Shown: piece by piece, positions 1 to 9,200 of the stretch
How the letters are laid out: each line of letters starts with the position of its first letter
Position numbering within the stretch: the stretch's first letter is position 1
Assembly: GCA_025359105.1 (NCBI GenBank)
Contig: JANYHK010000120.1
Coordinates: forward strand, 151,811-215,810
Direction of reading: 5' to 3'
DNA from: Myxococcales bacterium
GTDB lineage: Bacteria; Myxococcota_A; Polyangia; Polyangiales; Polyangiaceae
DNA: 64,000 bases
Translations under genes and position numbers: made by a program
The notes under the pieces: generated by a model
Told to the model about the DNA's origin: nothing
What the model saw: only the letters and a program-made list of their open reading frames with translations
Databases searched by the model: none

Positions 1-1012
1 ATCCCTGGATGTTCACGAGCGTGATGTTGTCCGGCGTGATGTTGATGGAGTCGTGTGCCGACCAGAACTCGCGCACGTACGCGGCCTCCACACGGAGGAG
101 CGACTTGTTCGCGAACTCGTTGCGCCCCTCGATGCCCGCGCGCAGGACGGCGGGCAGCTTGAAGCGCACGTGGGCGTCGGTGCCGACCTGCTGCGCCTTG
201 TCGAAGACGACGGCGTTCGGGAGCCTGACCTTCACCGTCGCGGGCGCGTTGATCGTGAACGGCAGCTGCCCGCTGATGCCGATGCGCACGTGCTTCTCGG
301 GAACGAAGGTGACCCCTGCGTTGCCGCTCGGCGCGAAGATCGGGCCCACCTTGAGCTGCGCGAAGGAGTCGTACGTCGGATCCTCGGGCGCGCAGACGAG
401 GTGATCGGTCGGGCACGCGCTGAACACCTCGGTCGACGCGAACGTCCCGACGAGCGCCTGCAGGCCGATGCCGATGCGCACCTCCTCGATGGGCTTGTAC
501 GCCATGTAGAGGCCAGGCACGACGAGCGCCGAGCCATCGAGCGACACGAGCGAGTAGCGCGACGGCGCCGGCTGGCCGTTCACGGTGAGCGGGTACGAGG
601 TGATCGCGGTGTACGGCGCGAGGATGCCGAACGCGCCGGTCCACTCCTTCTTCGCGCCGAACGCGTAGGAGACGCCGAGCGTCGGGATGGGCAGGACCGG
701 CGAGGTGCCGTTCACCGTGGGGTAGTCGTAGTTCCGGACGGTCCCGTTGAGATCGGTCGCCTGCGATCTGCGCGTGTACTCGCTCGTGAAATGGAGCCAC
801 GAGAAATCGCTGAGGATGCTCGTGCCCGCGTCGGCGAGGCCGGCCGGGTTGTACCACATGGCCCCGAGGTCGTCGGCGCCGGCCACGAACGCGCCGCCGC
901 GGCCGAGCGGACGGACGCCGCGATCGGAGAAGTAGAGGCCCGCGGCGTGCGCCTGTGTCGACGACAGCAAGACCGCAGCGCAGGCGAGGAGTCGCCCCGT
1001 CTTCGAGAGCAT
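1..1012 (-). CDS. FadL/TodX/OmpP1-family outer-membrane hydrophobic-compound channel, 5' part only (runs off the left edge of the window)
   Basis: Reverse-strand translation starting at ATG 1012..1010 gives MLSKTGRLLACAAVLLSSTQAHAAGLYFSDRGVRPLGRGGAFVAGADDLGAMWYNPAGLA..., i.e. a signal peptide plus the FadL-family N-terminal signature (GRGGAF..ADD..YNPAGL). The frame is open to position 1. This frame is absent from the ORF track because it has no stop inside the window. The start overlaps the stop of the upstream gene (TGATG). Confidence 0.78.
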   Translation of the reverse strand, partial: MLSKTGRLLACAAVLLSSTQAHAAGLYFSDRGVRPLGRGGAFVAGADDLGAMWYNPAGLADAGTSILSDFSWLHFTSEYTRRSQATDLNGTVRNYDYPTVNGTSPVLPIPTLGVSYAFGAKKEWTGAFGILAPYTAITSYPLTVNGQPAPSRYSLVSLDGSALVVPGLYMAYKPIEEVRIGIGLQALVGTFASTEVFSACPTDHLVCAPEDPTYDSFAQLKVGPIFAPSGNAGVTFVPEKHVRIGISGQLPFTINAPATVKVRLPNAVVFDKAQQVGTDAHVRFKLPAVLRAGIEGRNEFANKSLLRVEAAYVREFWSAHDSINITPDNITLVNIQG

Positions 1013-4000
1013 CAACGGACCGTGCCTTGCCTCATGATTTCGTAGAACTGCTCGAGACCCCGCTCCTTATTGAGCAAGAAGTCGGTCACGTTGTCCGTGA
1101 CGCTTGCGTAGTCTTCGGGGGAGAGCTTGTCGCTCTTGTCGGGCATGAGCCGGTTCACGTCGCCGACGACGTCCATGATGACCTGCAGCGGCGTCTGCCC
1201 CAGGCTGCCGTCGGAGAGCTTCATCGGCGTGACGAGGTTCCCCATCGCGACGGTCATGATCTGGTTCGGATCCAGCTCCTTGTTGCACGTCTCCTGGTTG
1301 CCGGCGTCGAACGCGCGGCCGCTGATCTTGGCGAGGAGGGCGGTCTGCGCGTCGATCATGCTCTTCTGGCCGTTCTGCCCCGCCGCCGTCGCGGAGGCCA
1401 GCACGTGGAAGAGGGGCACGAGGTTGGCGTCGTCGCGCATCACCTGGATGACGTCGGAGGACGACGCGAGCATCGACGCGAGCGCTTCGTTGTTGCTCGC
1501 GGCGTCGAGCAGGTAGTCGAGGAGCGCCTCGAGCTGCGTGCGCGCGTCGTCGTTCTTGCGGATGGCGTCCATGAGATCCATCGTGCTGGCGAACAGCGGC
1601 CCGCCCACGACGTCGCTCATCTGCTGCGTCATCACCGTTTGGGCCCACGCGCACTTGTCGTACGGCGGCGCGAACGAGGTCGGGCAGTGCGCGAAGAGCT
1701 GGGAACGGAGGACATCGATGAGCACCGGCGTGATCTTGGGGAACGCCTTGTTGCGGAACGACGCGTTCTGGCCGTTGCCCTGGGCGGCGAGGAACTGATC
1801 GACGAGCTGCGAGCGCGCCGCGCGCCACTGCGGGAGGCGCGCCTTGTCGTCGGGATGCGATTTGGCGTACTCGTCGAACGCGGTGTCGATCGCGTGGAGC
1901 GCGTTGGTGAGCAAATAGACCGGCGTGACCTGGGGGTTGGTCTTGCCGTCGTTGCGCAGCGCGGTCGTCTTGCCGGCGCGGTCCTTGATGCCGTTCTTCT
2001 GGGAGACCGTCGGATCGACGAGCGCGCGCGTCGCGTTCGCGATGATGGCGATGCCGTTCATGTCGACGGAGTTGGTGCACTGCTTGGTCGCCGCGTCGAC
2101 CGCGTTGCAATGCTTGATCGTCGTGGTCTGCATCACGTTCACGAGATCGTGCAGCGCCGGCAAGATGTCGGTCTTCATCGCCTCGGCGAGGAACGGCTCG
2201 TAGCTGACCGCCCCCTCCTTCGTACACGCGACGCCGCCGAGATCGCACTCCGATGCGGTCATCTTGTCGTCGCCCCAGTGCTTGTGGAGCGCGTCGAGGA
2301 GCGCGAGGAAGAGGTCCTCCTGCTTGTGGGCGACGAAGGCCTTCAGCATCGGCTGCATCGCCTTGAAGAAGCCCATCATCTCCCACGGGAAGAGCGCGTC
2401 TTGATCGCGCTCGAAGAGCGACTGCCCCGGCGCGCAGTTGCGGAGACCGTGCACTTTGCCGTCGGGCGACGCGTCGAGGGCGGTCGGGTCCGGATCGTCG
2501 ATGACGCGCTCGGGGCAGGAGAGCGTACCGATCGTGAATTTTCCCTGCAGGTCGGTGAGGAAGGTTTTGGTCGACTGGTTCGTCTTGTCAGCGTCGAGAT
2601 CGAAGAAGACGAGGCGATTCAGCCACTGGGGGCGAGGCCTCATGCACGTCTTCTTGAGATCCCCCGGCATGCATCCCGCGGGGCCGTTGGAGCTGGGGGG
2701 ATCCCAGAAACCGGTGGTGTCGTTGTTGCCCACACCGATGCCGCTCGAGTTCTCGATCATGTCTACGGTCGCAGCGGCGATACAGCCGATGATCGGGACG
2801 CAGATGCCGTCGCGCAGGATCGTGGGCCGGAAGTAGAGGTTGGCCTTGCCGACGATCGCGTCCAGGTAGAAGTGACCGAGATTCTCGATCTTGAAGACCT
2901 CGCATTCCTTGTAACTACCGCCGCCGAGCGGCATGTCGATCGAGCCGACGACGGGGACGCCCTTCGCGTGGACGACCGCCTTGTCCTTGTTGCACGCCGT
3001 TACGCCGATCGCGTCGTGGATCGCGCGGCTGAAGCGCTGCATGTTGCTCTGGTTCCAGCCGGTGTCCGCCTTCGCGCGATCGACCGAGGTCTTGGGATCG
3101 CTCCCGTCGCCGGTGTCGAGGTTCTTCGCGGGGCCGTTGAGCGCCGAAGGATCGTACGAGATGTGATCCTTGTTCTTCATGTACGAGGAGAAGACCCCGC
3201 CCAGCGCGAGCGAGTCGTCCTGCCCGAGCGCGAGCAAGAGGTCTTCGAGGAGGCCCGGCTCCTGCGTGATCTTCGCGACCACGTCGAGCACGTCGTCCCA
3301 CAGCGTCGAATCGAGGGGAATTTTGGCCTCGGTGTGCTTGTTTCCGAGGTCTTTCACGGCGAGCCCGTTGCCGACGATGCGCGCGAGGGCCGGCGTCTGC
3401 TTGGTGAAGAGCGTGCTCGTGTAGGAGAGGACGTCGTCGGTGTTCTGGTCCGCGAGGATCTGTCCGATCGCGTACACGAGATCGAGCATCGGCGCCGTCT
3501 CGGGGTGGAACGCGTCGTACTTCACCGAGCCGCCGCCGTCGTAGGCCCGGGCCGTGGTGGCGCTGCCGTCGCGGCCGCCGAAGATGACGTGGGCGCCGGC
3601 CAGCGCGTACATCATCGTCTCGTGGTTCTGCGCGGGGTCGGGGTTCACGAGCGCCTTCATGTCGCTCATGAGGCTGGCGGCGAAGGTGTGACTCGTGTCG
3701 ATCGTCTCGTACATCGGCTGGTTCGCGGCGAAGAGCGCGCGGCCGAACGTGTCGCGCGTCGCCGTGACGTTCGACGTCACGGTGAAGAACGGGCTGGGCG
3801 CGCCGGCGCCGGTGGTGACGAACTGGCCGAGACCGTCGACGTCGGCGAGGCCGTCCTTGTCGGCGTCGACGAACGGCGCGGGGATGGCGCCGCCCGCGGT
3901 CGCCACGAGCGCGTAGCCGCGGCCGTCGCGCTTCACGATGAACCGCGAGTCGCCCGCGCCGTAGGCGGCGTCTTGCGCGTAGAAGAGCTGCTGGACGACC

Positions 4001-4956
4001 TCGAGGTTGTCGCGCGTGCGCGAGAGCACGTCGCGGCCGAGCGCCGCGTCCTTGGTGACCTTCAGCGGCGCGAGCGCCGGATCGCCCTTCGCCCCGAGGA
4101 GCTCCTGCGTCAGGACCTCGAGGGTCTTGTTGAACTGCGCGTTCGCGGCGCCCGGCACCGGAATGCGCTTGCCGTTCGCGTCGAGCTTCGGATTCGCCGC
4201 GTACGGCTGGCTGTCGGCGGACAGGAGGCTGAGGGTCGCGTTCGACAGATCGCGCAGCCCCGGGTACGCCATGATCGGGCGCGTGGCGCCGAGCGCGGTC
4301 TCGACCGGGCGGTACCCCTTGCGCGAGTCGAATCGCGCGAGCGCCTGCTGCGCCTCCTTCGACTTGTTGAACGCCTGCATCAGCTTCGCGAGCGACTCGG
4401 TCGACTGCGGGATCGTGCCGTCGTTGTAGAGCGACTGGAAGCGGCCGAGCATGTCCGACAGCTCGTCGTGGAAGCGGGCCTGCGCCGTGACCGGGGCGCA
4501 GCTCTTCGCGCCGTTGCCATTCTTGACGTCCTTCACCGCGACCTTGATGTCGGGGAAGGTCGCGTCGAGCGCGGCGACGAGATCGGCGCGGCGGCGGCCG
4601 ATCGCCTCGACGCGCGCGATCGCGTAGCTGCGCGTCGCCTTCTGCTTGTCCATCGCGACGGCGTTGCCGCTCTTGTCGACGGCGTCGTCGGCGAGGGAGG
4701 GGAGGAGGGTCTGATCGACCTTGTCGACGTACTTGCCGTCGAACCCCTTGTGGCAGATCCCGCGGAACGACGCGCCCGTCATATCCTCGTGGAGCGCCTG
4801 ACCGCCGACGCGGTCGCAGAGCACGCCGTACATCTCCTCGCCCAGGCTCCCGCGCGCCGGCGGAACACGAGACGTGTCGAAGTCGTTCGCGCACGCGGCG
4901 AGCGCCACGGTGCCGAGAACCCCCAATCCCGAAAGCGTACACCCCGACCGTCGCAT
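1012..4956 (-). CDS. large (1314 aa) hypothetical lipoprotein with no recognisable catalytic motif
   Basis: Minus ORF 1012..5247. The probable start is the internal ATG at 4956 (MRRSGCTLSGLGVLGTVALAACANDF), which gives a signal peptide and lipobox LAAC. Amino-acid composition is balanced, unlike the R-rich antisense frames. The stop TGA at 1014..1012 overlaps the ATG of the downstream FadL-like gene. Confidence 0.7.
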   Translation of the reverse strand: MRRSGCTLSGLGVLGTVALAACANDFDTSRVPPARGSLGEEMYGVLCDRVGGQALHEDMTGASFRGICHKGFDGKYVDKVDQTLLPSLADDAVDKSGNAVAMDKQKATRSYAIARVEAIGRRRADLVAALDATFPDIKVAVKDVKNGNGAKSCAPVTAQARFHDELSDMLGRFQSLYNDGTIPQSTESLAKLMQAFNKSKEAQQALARFDSRKGYRPVETALGATRPIMAYPGLRDLSNATLSLLSADSQPYAANPKLDANGKRIPVPGAANAQFNKTLEVLTQELLGAKGDPALAPLKVTKDAALGRDVLSRTRDNLEVVQQLFYAQDAAYGAGDSRFIVKRDGRGYALVATAGGAIPAPFVDADKDGLADVDGLGQFVTTGAGAPSPFFTVTSNVTATRDTFGRALFAANQPMYETIDTSHTFAASLMSDMKALVNPDPAQNHETMMYALAGAHVIFGGRDGSATTARAYDGGGSVKYDAFHPETAPMLDLVYAIGQILADQNTDDVLSYTSTLFTKQTPALARIVGNGLAVKDLGNKHTEAKIPLDSTLWDDVLDVVAKITQEPGLLEDLLLALGQDDSLALGGVFSSYMKNKDHISYDPSALNGPAKNLDTGDGSDPKTSVDRAKADTGWNQSNMQRFSRAIHDAIGVTACNKDKAVVHAKGVPVVGSIDMPLGGGSYKECEVFKIENLGHFYLDAIVGKANLYFRPTILRDGICVPIIGCIAAATVDMIENSSGIGVGNNDTTGFWDPPSSNGPAGCMPGDLKKTCMRPRPQWLNRLVFFDLDADKTNQSTKTFLTDLQGKFTIGTLSCPERVIDDPDPTALDASPDGKVHGLRNCAPGQSLFERDQDALFPWEMMGFFKAMQPMLKAFVAHKQEDLFLALLDALHKHWGDDKMTASECDLGGVACTKEGAVSYEPFLAEAMKTDILPALHDLVNVMQTTTIKHCNAVDAATKQCTNSVDMNGIAIIANATRALVDPTVSQKNGIKDRAGKTTALRNDGKTNPQVTPVYLLTNALHAIDTAFDEYAKSHPDDKARLPQWRAARSQLVDQFLAAQGNGQNASFRNKAFPKITPVLIDVLRSQLFAHCPTSFAPPYDKCAWAQTVMTQQMSDVVGGPLFASTMDLMDAIRKNDDARTQLEALLDYLLDAASNNEALASMLASSSDVIQVMRDDANLVPLFHVLASATAAGQNGQKSMIDAQTALLAKISGRAFDAGNQETCNKELDPNQIMTVAMGNLVTPMKLSDGSLGQTPLQVIMDVVGDVNRLMPDKSDKLSPEDYASVTDNVTDFLLNKERGLEQFYEIMRQGTVR

Positions 4957-5158
4957 AAGCCGACCTCCACCTACATCGGAACCTTCTAGCAGAAGCCGCG
5001 CCAAGCGCTCCCCATACCTCAACGTTGGCGCGTGGCGCGCGGATCCGGGTTTTCCGGGCCCGTGGACCAGGCGAATCGGATTAGCCTCTCCCAGGGCCCG
5101 GATCCACGCAGATCCACCAATCGGTGACGTACCGGTGACGAAAGAAGAGGAAAGCTCC

Positions 5159-6601
5159 ATGTCGACGACCCCGGCCTCCCTGGCCACGACCACCGCCCTG
5201 ATCCTTGCGGCGGGGCAGGGGACCCGCATGAAGAGCGCCGTCCCCAAGGTGCTCCATCCGATGTGCGGGCGACCGCTCCTGCATTACCCGGTCCGGGCGG
5301 CGCTCGAGGCGGGGTGCGGCGAGGTCGTGGTCGTGGTCGGGCACGGGCGCGAGCTCGTCGCGGGGTACCTCGCGAAGGCGTTCGGGGACCTCGGCGGCCG
5401 CGTGAAGACGGCGGTGCAAGAGCAGCAGCGCGGCACCGGGGATGCTGCGCGCGCGGGCCTGTCGGCGGTGGCCGCGACCGCAGAGCGCGTGCTCATCTTC
5501 TACGGCGACGTTCCGCTCCTCGAGGCGAGCGACGTCGCGGCGGTCGCGCGACGGCTCGACCTAGATCGCGACGCGCCGGTCGCGATGGCGACGTGCGTGG
5601 TGCCCGACCCGTTCGGCTACGGGCGCGTGCTGCGCGACGCGGCGGGGAACATCCTCGAGATCCGCGAGCACAAGGACCTGAAGACGGACGCCGAGCGCGC
5701 GGTCGCCGAGATGAACCCCGGCGTCTACGCGGCGAGCGTCGCCTTCCTGCGCGACGCGCTCGAGAAGCTCACGCCCAACAACGCGCAGGGTGAGTACTAC
5801 CTGACCGACATCGTCAGCTTCGCGGTGAAGCAGGGGAAGAAGGTCGCCGGCGTGCTGTCACGCGCGAACGTGATGGAAGGTGTCAACGATCGCCACCAGC
5901 TCGCGACGCTCGAGGACGAGATGGCCGCGCGCATCGTCGAGCGGTTGCGAAAGAGCGGCGTGACCGTGCGGACGGGCGCGCGCATCGAGGACGGCGTCGA
6001 GATCGGGCCCGAGTCGGTCATCGAGACCGGCGTGGTCCTCCGCGGCGCGACGCGCATCGGCAAGGCGGTGGTCGTCGACGTCGGCTGCGTGCTGACGAAC
6101 GTGAAGGTCGGCGACGGCGTCTTCCTCAAGCCGTACTCGATCGCGACGGACTCGACGATCGAGCAGAAGGCGCAAATTGGCCCATTTTCCCACCTGCGCC
6201 CGGAGAGCCACATCGGCGAGGACGCGCACGTCGGCAACTTCGTCGAGACGAAGAAGACGCGCATGGACAAGGGCGCCAAGGCCAACCACCTCGCGTACCT
6301 CGGCGACGGCATCATCGGGGCGGGCGCCAACGTCGGCGCCGGCACCATCTTCTGCAACTACGACGGCTTCCAGAAGCACACGACGACGATCGGCGCCGGC
6401 GCCTTCATCGGCAGCGACTCGCAGCTCGTCGCGCCGGTCACGATCGGCGACGGCGCGTACGTGGCGACGGGGACGACGGTGACCCGCGACGTGCCCCCCA
6501 ACGCCCTCGCCATCGCCCGCGTGAAGCAGGAGAACAAGGACGACTACGCCATCAAGCTGAAGGCGCGAATGAAGGCCGCGAAGGACGCGGCGAAGAAGTA
6601 G
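5159..6601 (+). CDS. glmU: bifunctional UDP-N-acetylglucosamine pyrophosphorylase / glucosamine-1-phosphate N-acetyltransferase
   Basis: ORF 4874..6601 with an internal ATG at 5159 preceded by GAAGAGGAAAG. LILAAGQGTRMKS nucleotidyltransferase motif, left-handed beta-helix hexapeptide repeats (GAGANVGAGTIFCNYDG) and the typical K-rich C-terminus. Confidence 0.93.
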   Translation: MSTTPASLATTTALILAAGQGTRMKSAVPKVLHPMCGRPLLHYPVRAALEAGCGEVVVVVGHGRELVAGYLAKAFGDLGGRVKTAVQEQQRGTGDAARAGLSAVAATAERVLIFYGDVPLLEASDVAAVARRLDLDRDAPVAMATCVVPDPFGYGRVLRDAAGNILEIREHKDLKTDAERAVAEMNPGVYAASVAFLRDALEKLTPNNAQGEYYLTDIVSFAVKQGKKVAGVLSRANVMEGVNDRHQLATLEDEMAARIVERLRKSGVTVRTGARIEDGVEIGPESVIETGVVLRGATRIGKAVVVDVGCVLTNVKVGDGVFLKPYSIATDSTIEQKAQIGPFSHLRPESHIGEDAHVGNFVETKKTRMDKGAKANHLAYLGDGIIGAGANVGAGTIFCNYDGFQKHTTTIGAGAFIGSDSQLVAPVTIGDGAYVATGTTVTRDVPPNALAIARVKQENKDDYAIKLKARMKAAKDAAKK

Positions 6602-6626
6602 GCGGCTGGGGGCTGGTCAAGGCCCT

Positions 6627-8069
6627 CTAATTCGCTGCCCAGACGACCCACGCGCCGGTCGCCCAGGTGTCGCTCGCGTCGCGGAGCGCGCCGACGTAGG
6701 TGGCGTTCACGTCGAAGAAGCCGTCGGTCGGCGGCGTCGCCGCGTTGGCCTTGAGGGCGGCGGAGGGGCCGAACACCGGGCTCGTCGGGGCGAAGCACTT
6801 CGTGAGGCCCGGATCGTCGGTCGAGTTCTTGCTGTCGGGGAGCTGAAACCAGGCGATCTCGTCGAAGGCGTTGTCGTCGTCGAAGAGCGGGCTCGCCGTA
6901 TCGACGACGGCAGGATCCTCGACGAAGGCGATGTTGGCGGTGAGGTTCCCGAAGAACACGGAGCTCACGAGCTCGAGCGGTGTGGCCGCGGGACCGACGA
7001 CGTCGACGCCCGCGTTCCATCCGGTGAAGATCGCATTGGCGAGGTGCATGTGCGCGCCGTTGCGCAGGAGGACGCCGTACCCGAGGTTCGCGCCGTCCCT
7101 GCCGCAGACCGTCGCGTTGTAGACGGTGGGCTGCGACGCGTTGACGAGGAAGCCGTTGTGGCCTGGGGTGTCGGGCGGAGTCCCCTGCGAGAGGAGAAAC
7201 TGCATCTTGCCGGTATAGCCCTGGTCGTATTCGAAAGGCTCGTCCGCCGGGGACTGGCAAACCAGGTGCTTGGCGTTCACCGTGCCGCCGTACCAGACGT
7301 AGCAGTTGTCGTTCGGGCGCCTGACTTGGACAAAGTCCAGGTCGGTGCCGGTGCCGACGCCGCCGAAGACCAGACCGAGACCCGCGTACTCGACGCGTAC
7401 GAAACGGAGCGCGCCGCTGCTGTCGTCGGCTGCGTCGCCGCCATAGGGGAGCCCGGAGGGTAGCTGGCCGGCGGGGCCCGCCTTGCCGGTGAAGACGATC
7501 CCTGCCCAATCGCCCGGCGCCTTCTGGCCTTGCGGCGCGCTGCTTGTAAAGACGATCGGGGCGTCCTTCTCGCCGCGCGCGATGAGCTTGGCGCCCGGCA
7601 GGATCGTGAGACCGCCCTTGGTGGCGGCGTCCCCCTTCACGGTCGTCCCCTTTTGCACCGTCAGCGTCGCGCCGGGCTGGACGACGACCTTGCCTGTGAG
7701 CACCCAGTCCTTGTCGCACCCGAGCACCGTGTCGGTGACGATGTCCGTGGTCCCGCCGTCGGCGCCGCTCGACGCGCCCGCGTCTCGACCGAGGAGGATG
7801 CCCTGCGGCTTGTTCGTCGCCAAGCACGGGTCGGCGGCGAGGGGCCCTGTCGAAGTGTCGGAGGTGTCCGCGTCCGGCGTCCCATTGCCGGGCGGCGGGG
7901 TCGTGCCCGGCGCGTCCGACGGCGTCGTGCAGACGCCTTGCGACGTGTCGCAGACCGAGCCGGCGAAGGCCGAGCAGTCGCCGTCGGTGCGGCACTGCAC
8001 GGCGTCGCCGAAGAGCTTGCTGCACGCGACGAGGCCGAGGAGCGAGATCGCGATCGCCAATTTGCGCAT
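6627..8069 (-). CDS. secreted hypothetical lipoprotein, probably beta-helix-like
   Basis: MRKLAIAISLLGLVACSK signal peptide with lipobox, followed by a G/T/D-rich mature protein. The start is 1 nt after the stop of the upstream TPR-like gene. Confidence 0.7.
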   Translation of the reverse strand: MRKLAIAISLLGLVACSKLFGDAVQCRTDGDCSAFAGSVCDTSQGVCTTPSDAPGTTPPPGNGTPDADTSDTSTGPLAADPCLATNKPQGILLGRDAGASSGADGGTTDIVTDTVLGCDKDWVLTGKVVVQPGATLTVQKGTTVKGDAATKGGLTILPGAKLIARGEKDAPIVFTSSAPQGQKAPGDWAGIVFTGKAGPAGQLPSGLPYGGDAADDSSGALRFVRVEYAGLGLVFGGVGTGTDLDFVQVRRPNDNCYVWYGGTVNAKHLVCQSPADEPFEYDQGYTGKMQFLLSQGTPPDTPGHNGFLVNASQPTVYNATVCGRDGANLGYGVLLRNGAHMHLANAIFTGWNAGVDVVGPAATPLELVSSVFFGNLTANIAFVEDPAVVDTASPLFDDDNAFDEIAWFQLPDSKNSTDDPGLTKCFAPTSPVFGPSAALKANAATPPTDGFFDVNATYVGALRDASDTWATGAWVVWAAN

Positions 8070-8070
8070 G

Positions 8071-8955
8071 TCAGAATGCTCCCTGCGCGCCGAGGGTGCC
8101 GGGACCGATGAGGAGCCTCAGGCCGGCTTCGCGCGGCCTCTCCTTTTCGCTTGATTGGCCGGGCTTCTGCGAGGCCTGCAGGTAAATCGTGATGCCGGCG
8201 CTCGCCGCGGTCGCCGCTGCGAGCACACCCGTGACGATCACGAGCGCGCGCGCGTGACCTTGCGCGTCCGAGAGGTCCGAGTGCGATACGCCGAACGTCT
8301 TGAGCTTGTCGTCGTACTTGCTGGAAGCCCCTAGGGCCAAAAACCCCGACACCCCCGCGCCGACCGCGAGCGCGCCGGTGACAGCCCAGCCGGCCCACGG
8401 CACCGACGACGTCGCCGGGGCCGGCGCGGGCGGGCGCTCCCTGGGGGCGGGGGCCGGCTCCTTTGGGGCGGGCTCCGGCGTGACGGCCGGCGGCGGCGGC
8501 TCGGCGAGCGCGGGCGCGGGGGCCGATGCGGCCGGCGCCGGATCGGGAGAATAGAGCGGCGTCGCGTCGCCGCTGAACGCGTCCTTGTGCTCGGCGAGAA
8601 GCTTCTTCATCTCGCCCTCGACCTCCACGCGACGCTCGGGCCTCACCTTGGCTCCGCCGTCGGCGAGGTAGCGACGGAAGGACTCGTAGGCGGCGCGCCA
8701 ATCCTCCACCTGGAGCTCGATGCGCGCGATGTTGATGAGCATCCGAAAGTGGGGCGCGAGCGCGTAGGCACGCTTGAACTCGACGAGCGATCCCTTGCGG
8801 TCGCCCAGTCCGTAGAGCTCGTTGGCCTTGTTGATGTGCGCGGTCGACGCATCCTTCGGTCCCTGGGCACGCGCGGCGGGCGCGACGAGCCCAACGGCGA
8901 GCGCCGCGGCGAGGGTGAGGCCGCAACGATCCAGGTTTCGCGGAAAGGAATGCAT
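8071..8955 (-). CDS. TPR-like repeat protein with Pro-rich linker and C-terminal transmembrane helix
   Basis: Sec signal (LTLAAALAVGLVAPAARAQG), TPR-like helical region (ANELYGLGDRKGSLVEFKRAYALAPH...), a PAPAP-rich linker, then a hydrophobic helix (WAGWAVTGALAVGAGVSGFLALG). Confidence 0.6.
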   Translation of the reverse strand: MHSFPRNLDRCGLTLAAALAVGLVAPAARAQGPKDASTAHINKANELYGLGDRKGSLVEFKRAYALAPHFRMLINIARIELQVEDWRAAYESFRRYLADGGAKVRPERRVEVEGEMKKLLAEHKDAFSGDATPLYSPDPAPAASAPAPALAEPPPPAVTPEPAPKEPAPAPRERPPAPAPATSSVPWAGWAVTGALAVGAGVSGFLALGASSKYDDKLKTFGVSHSDLSDAQGHARALVIVTGVLAAATAASAGITIYLQASQKPGQSSEKERPREAGLRLLIGPGTLGAQGAF

Positions 8956-9200
8956 CGGCGGGGTTGGTGTCCCCAGAAGCAGGATGTGGGCCGGGCGGAA
9001 AACTTCACGAAGCGCTGGATCGCGGGTGAATCAGGGGGCGACGAGGTCGCGGAAGCCAACGAGTTTTCGATGGGTGACCTTCGCGGTGGGACGCCGCCGC
9101 TGACCAAACGCCGAACCAGTCGCGAAGATCGACTGCAGGCTGCAAGCCGCAGATCGGTGGACCTACCAGGCCCGCCTGCCGCCTCGACGGTCCCGATGCC

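Noticed and set aside
53-5247. Long ORFs 53..1045(+), 955..4989(+), 1067..2386(-), 2915..4942(-) and the N-terminal 97 codons of ORF 1012..5247
   Set aside because: They are extremely Arg/Ala/Gly-rich with low complexity. They lie antisense or out of frame to the well-formed FadL-like and 1314-aa lipoprotein reading frames. These are the usual open-frame artifacts of 70 percent GC DNA.
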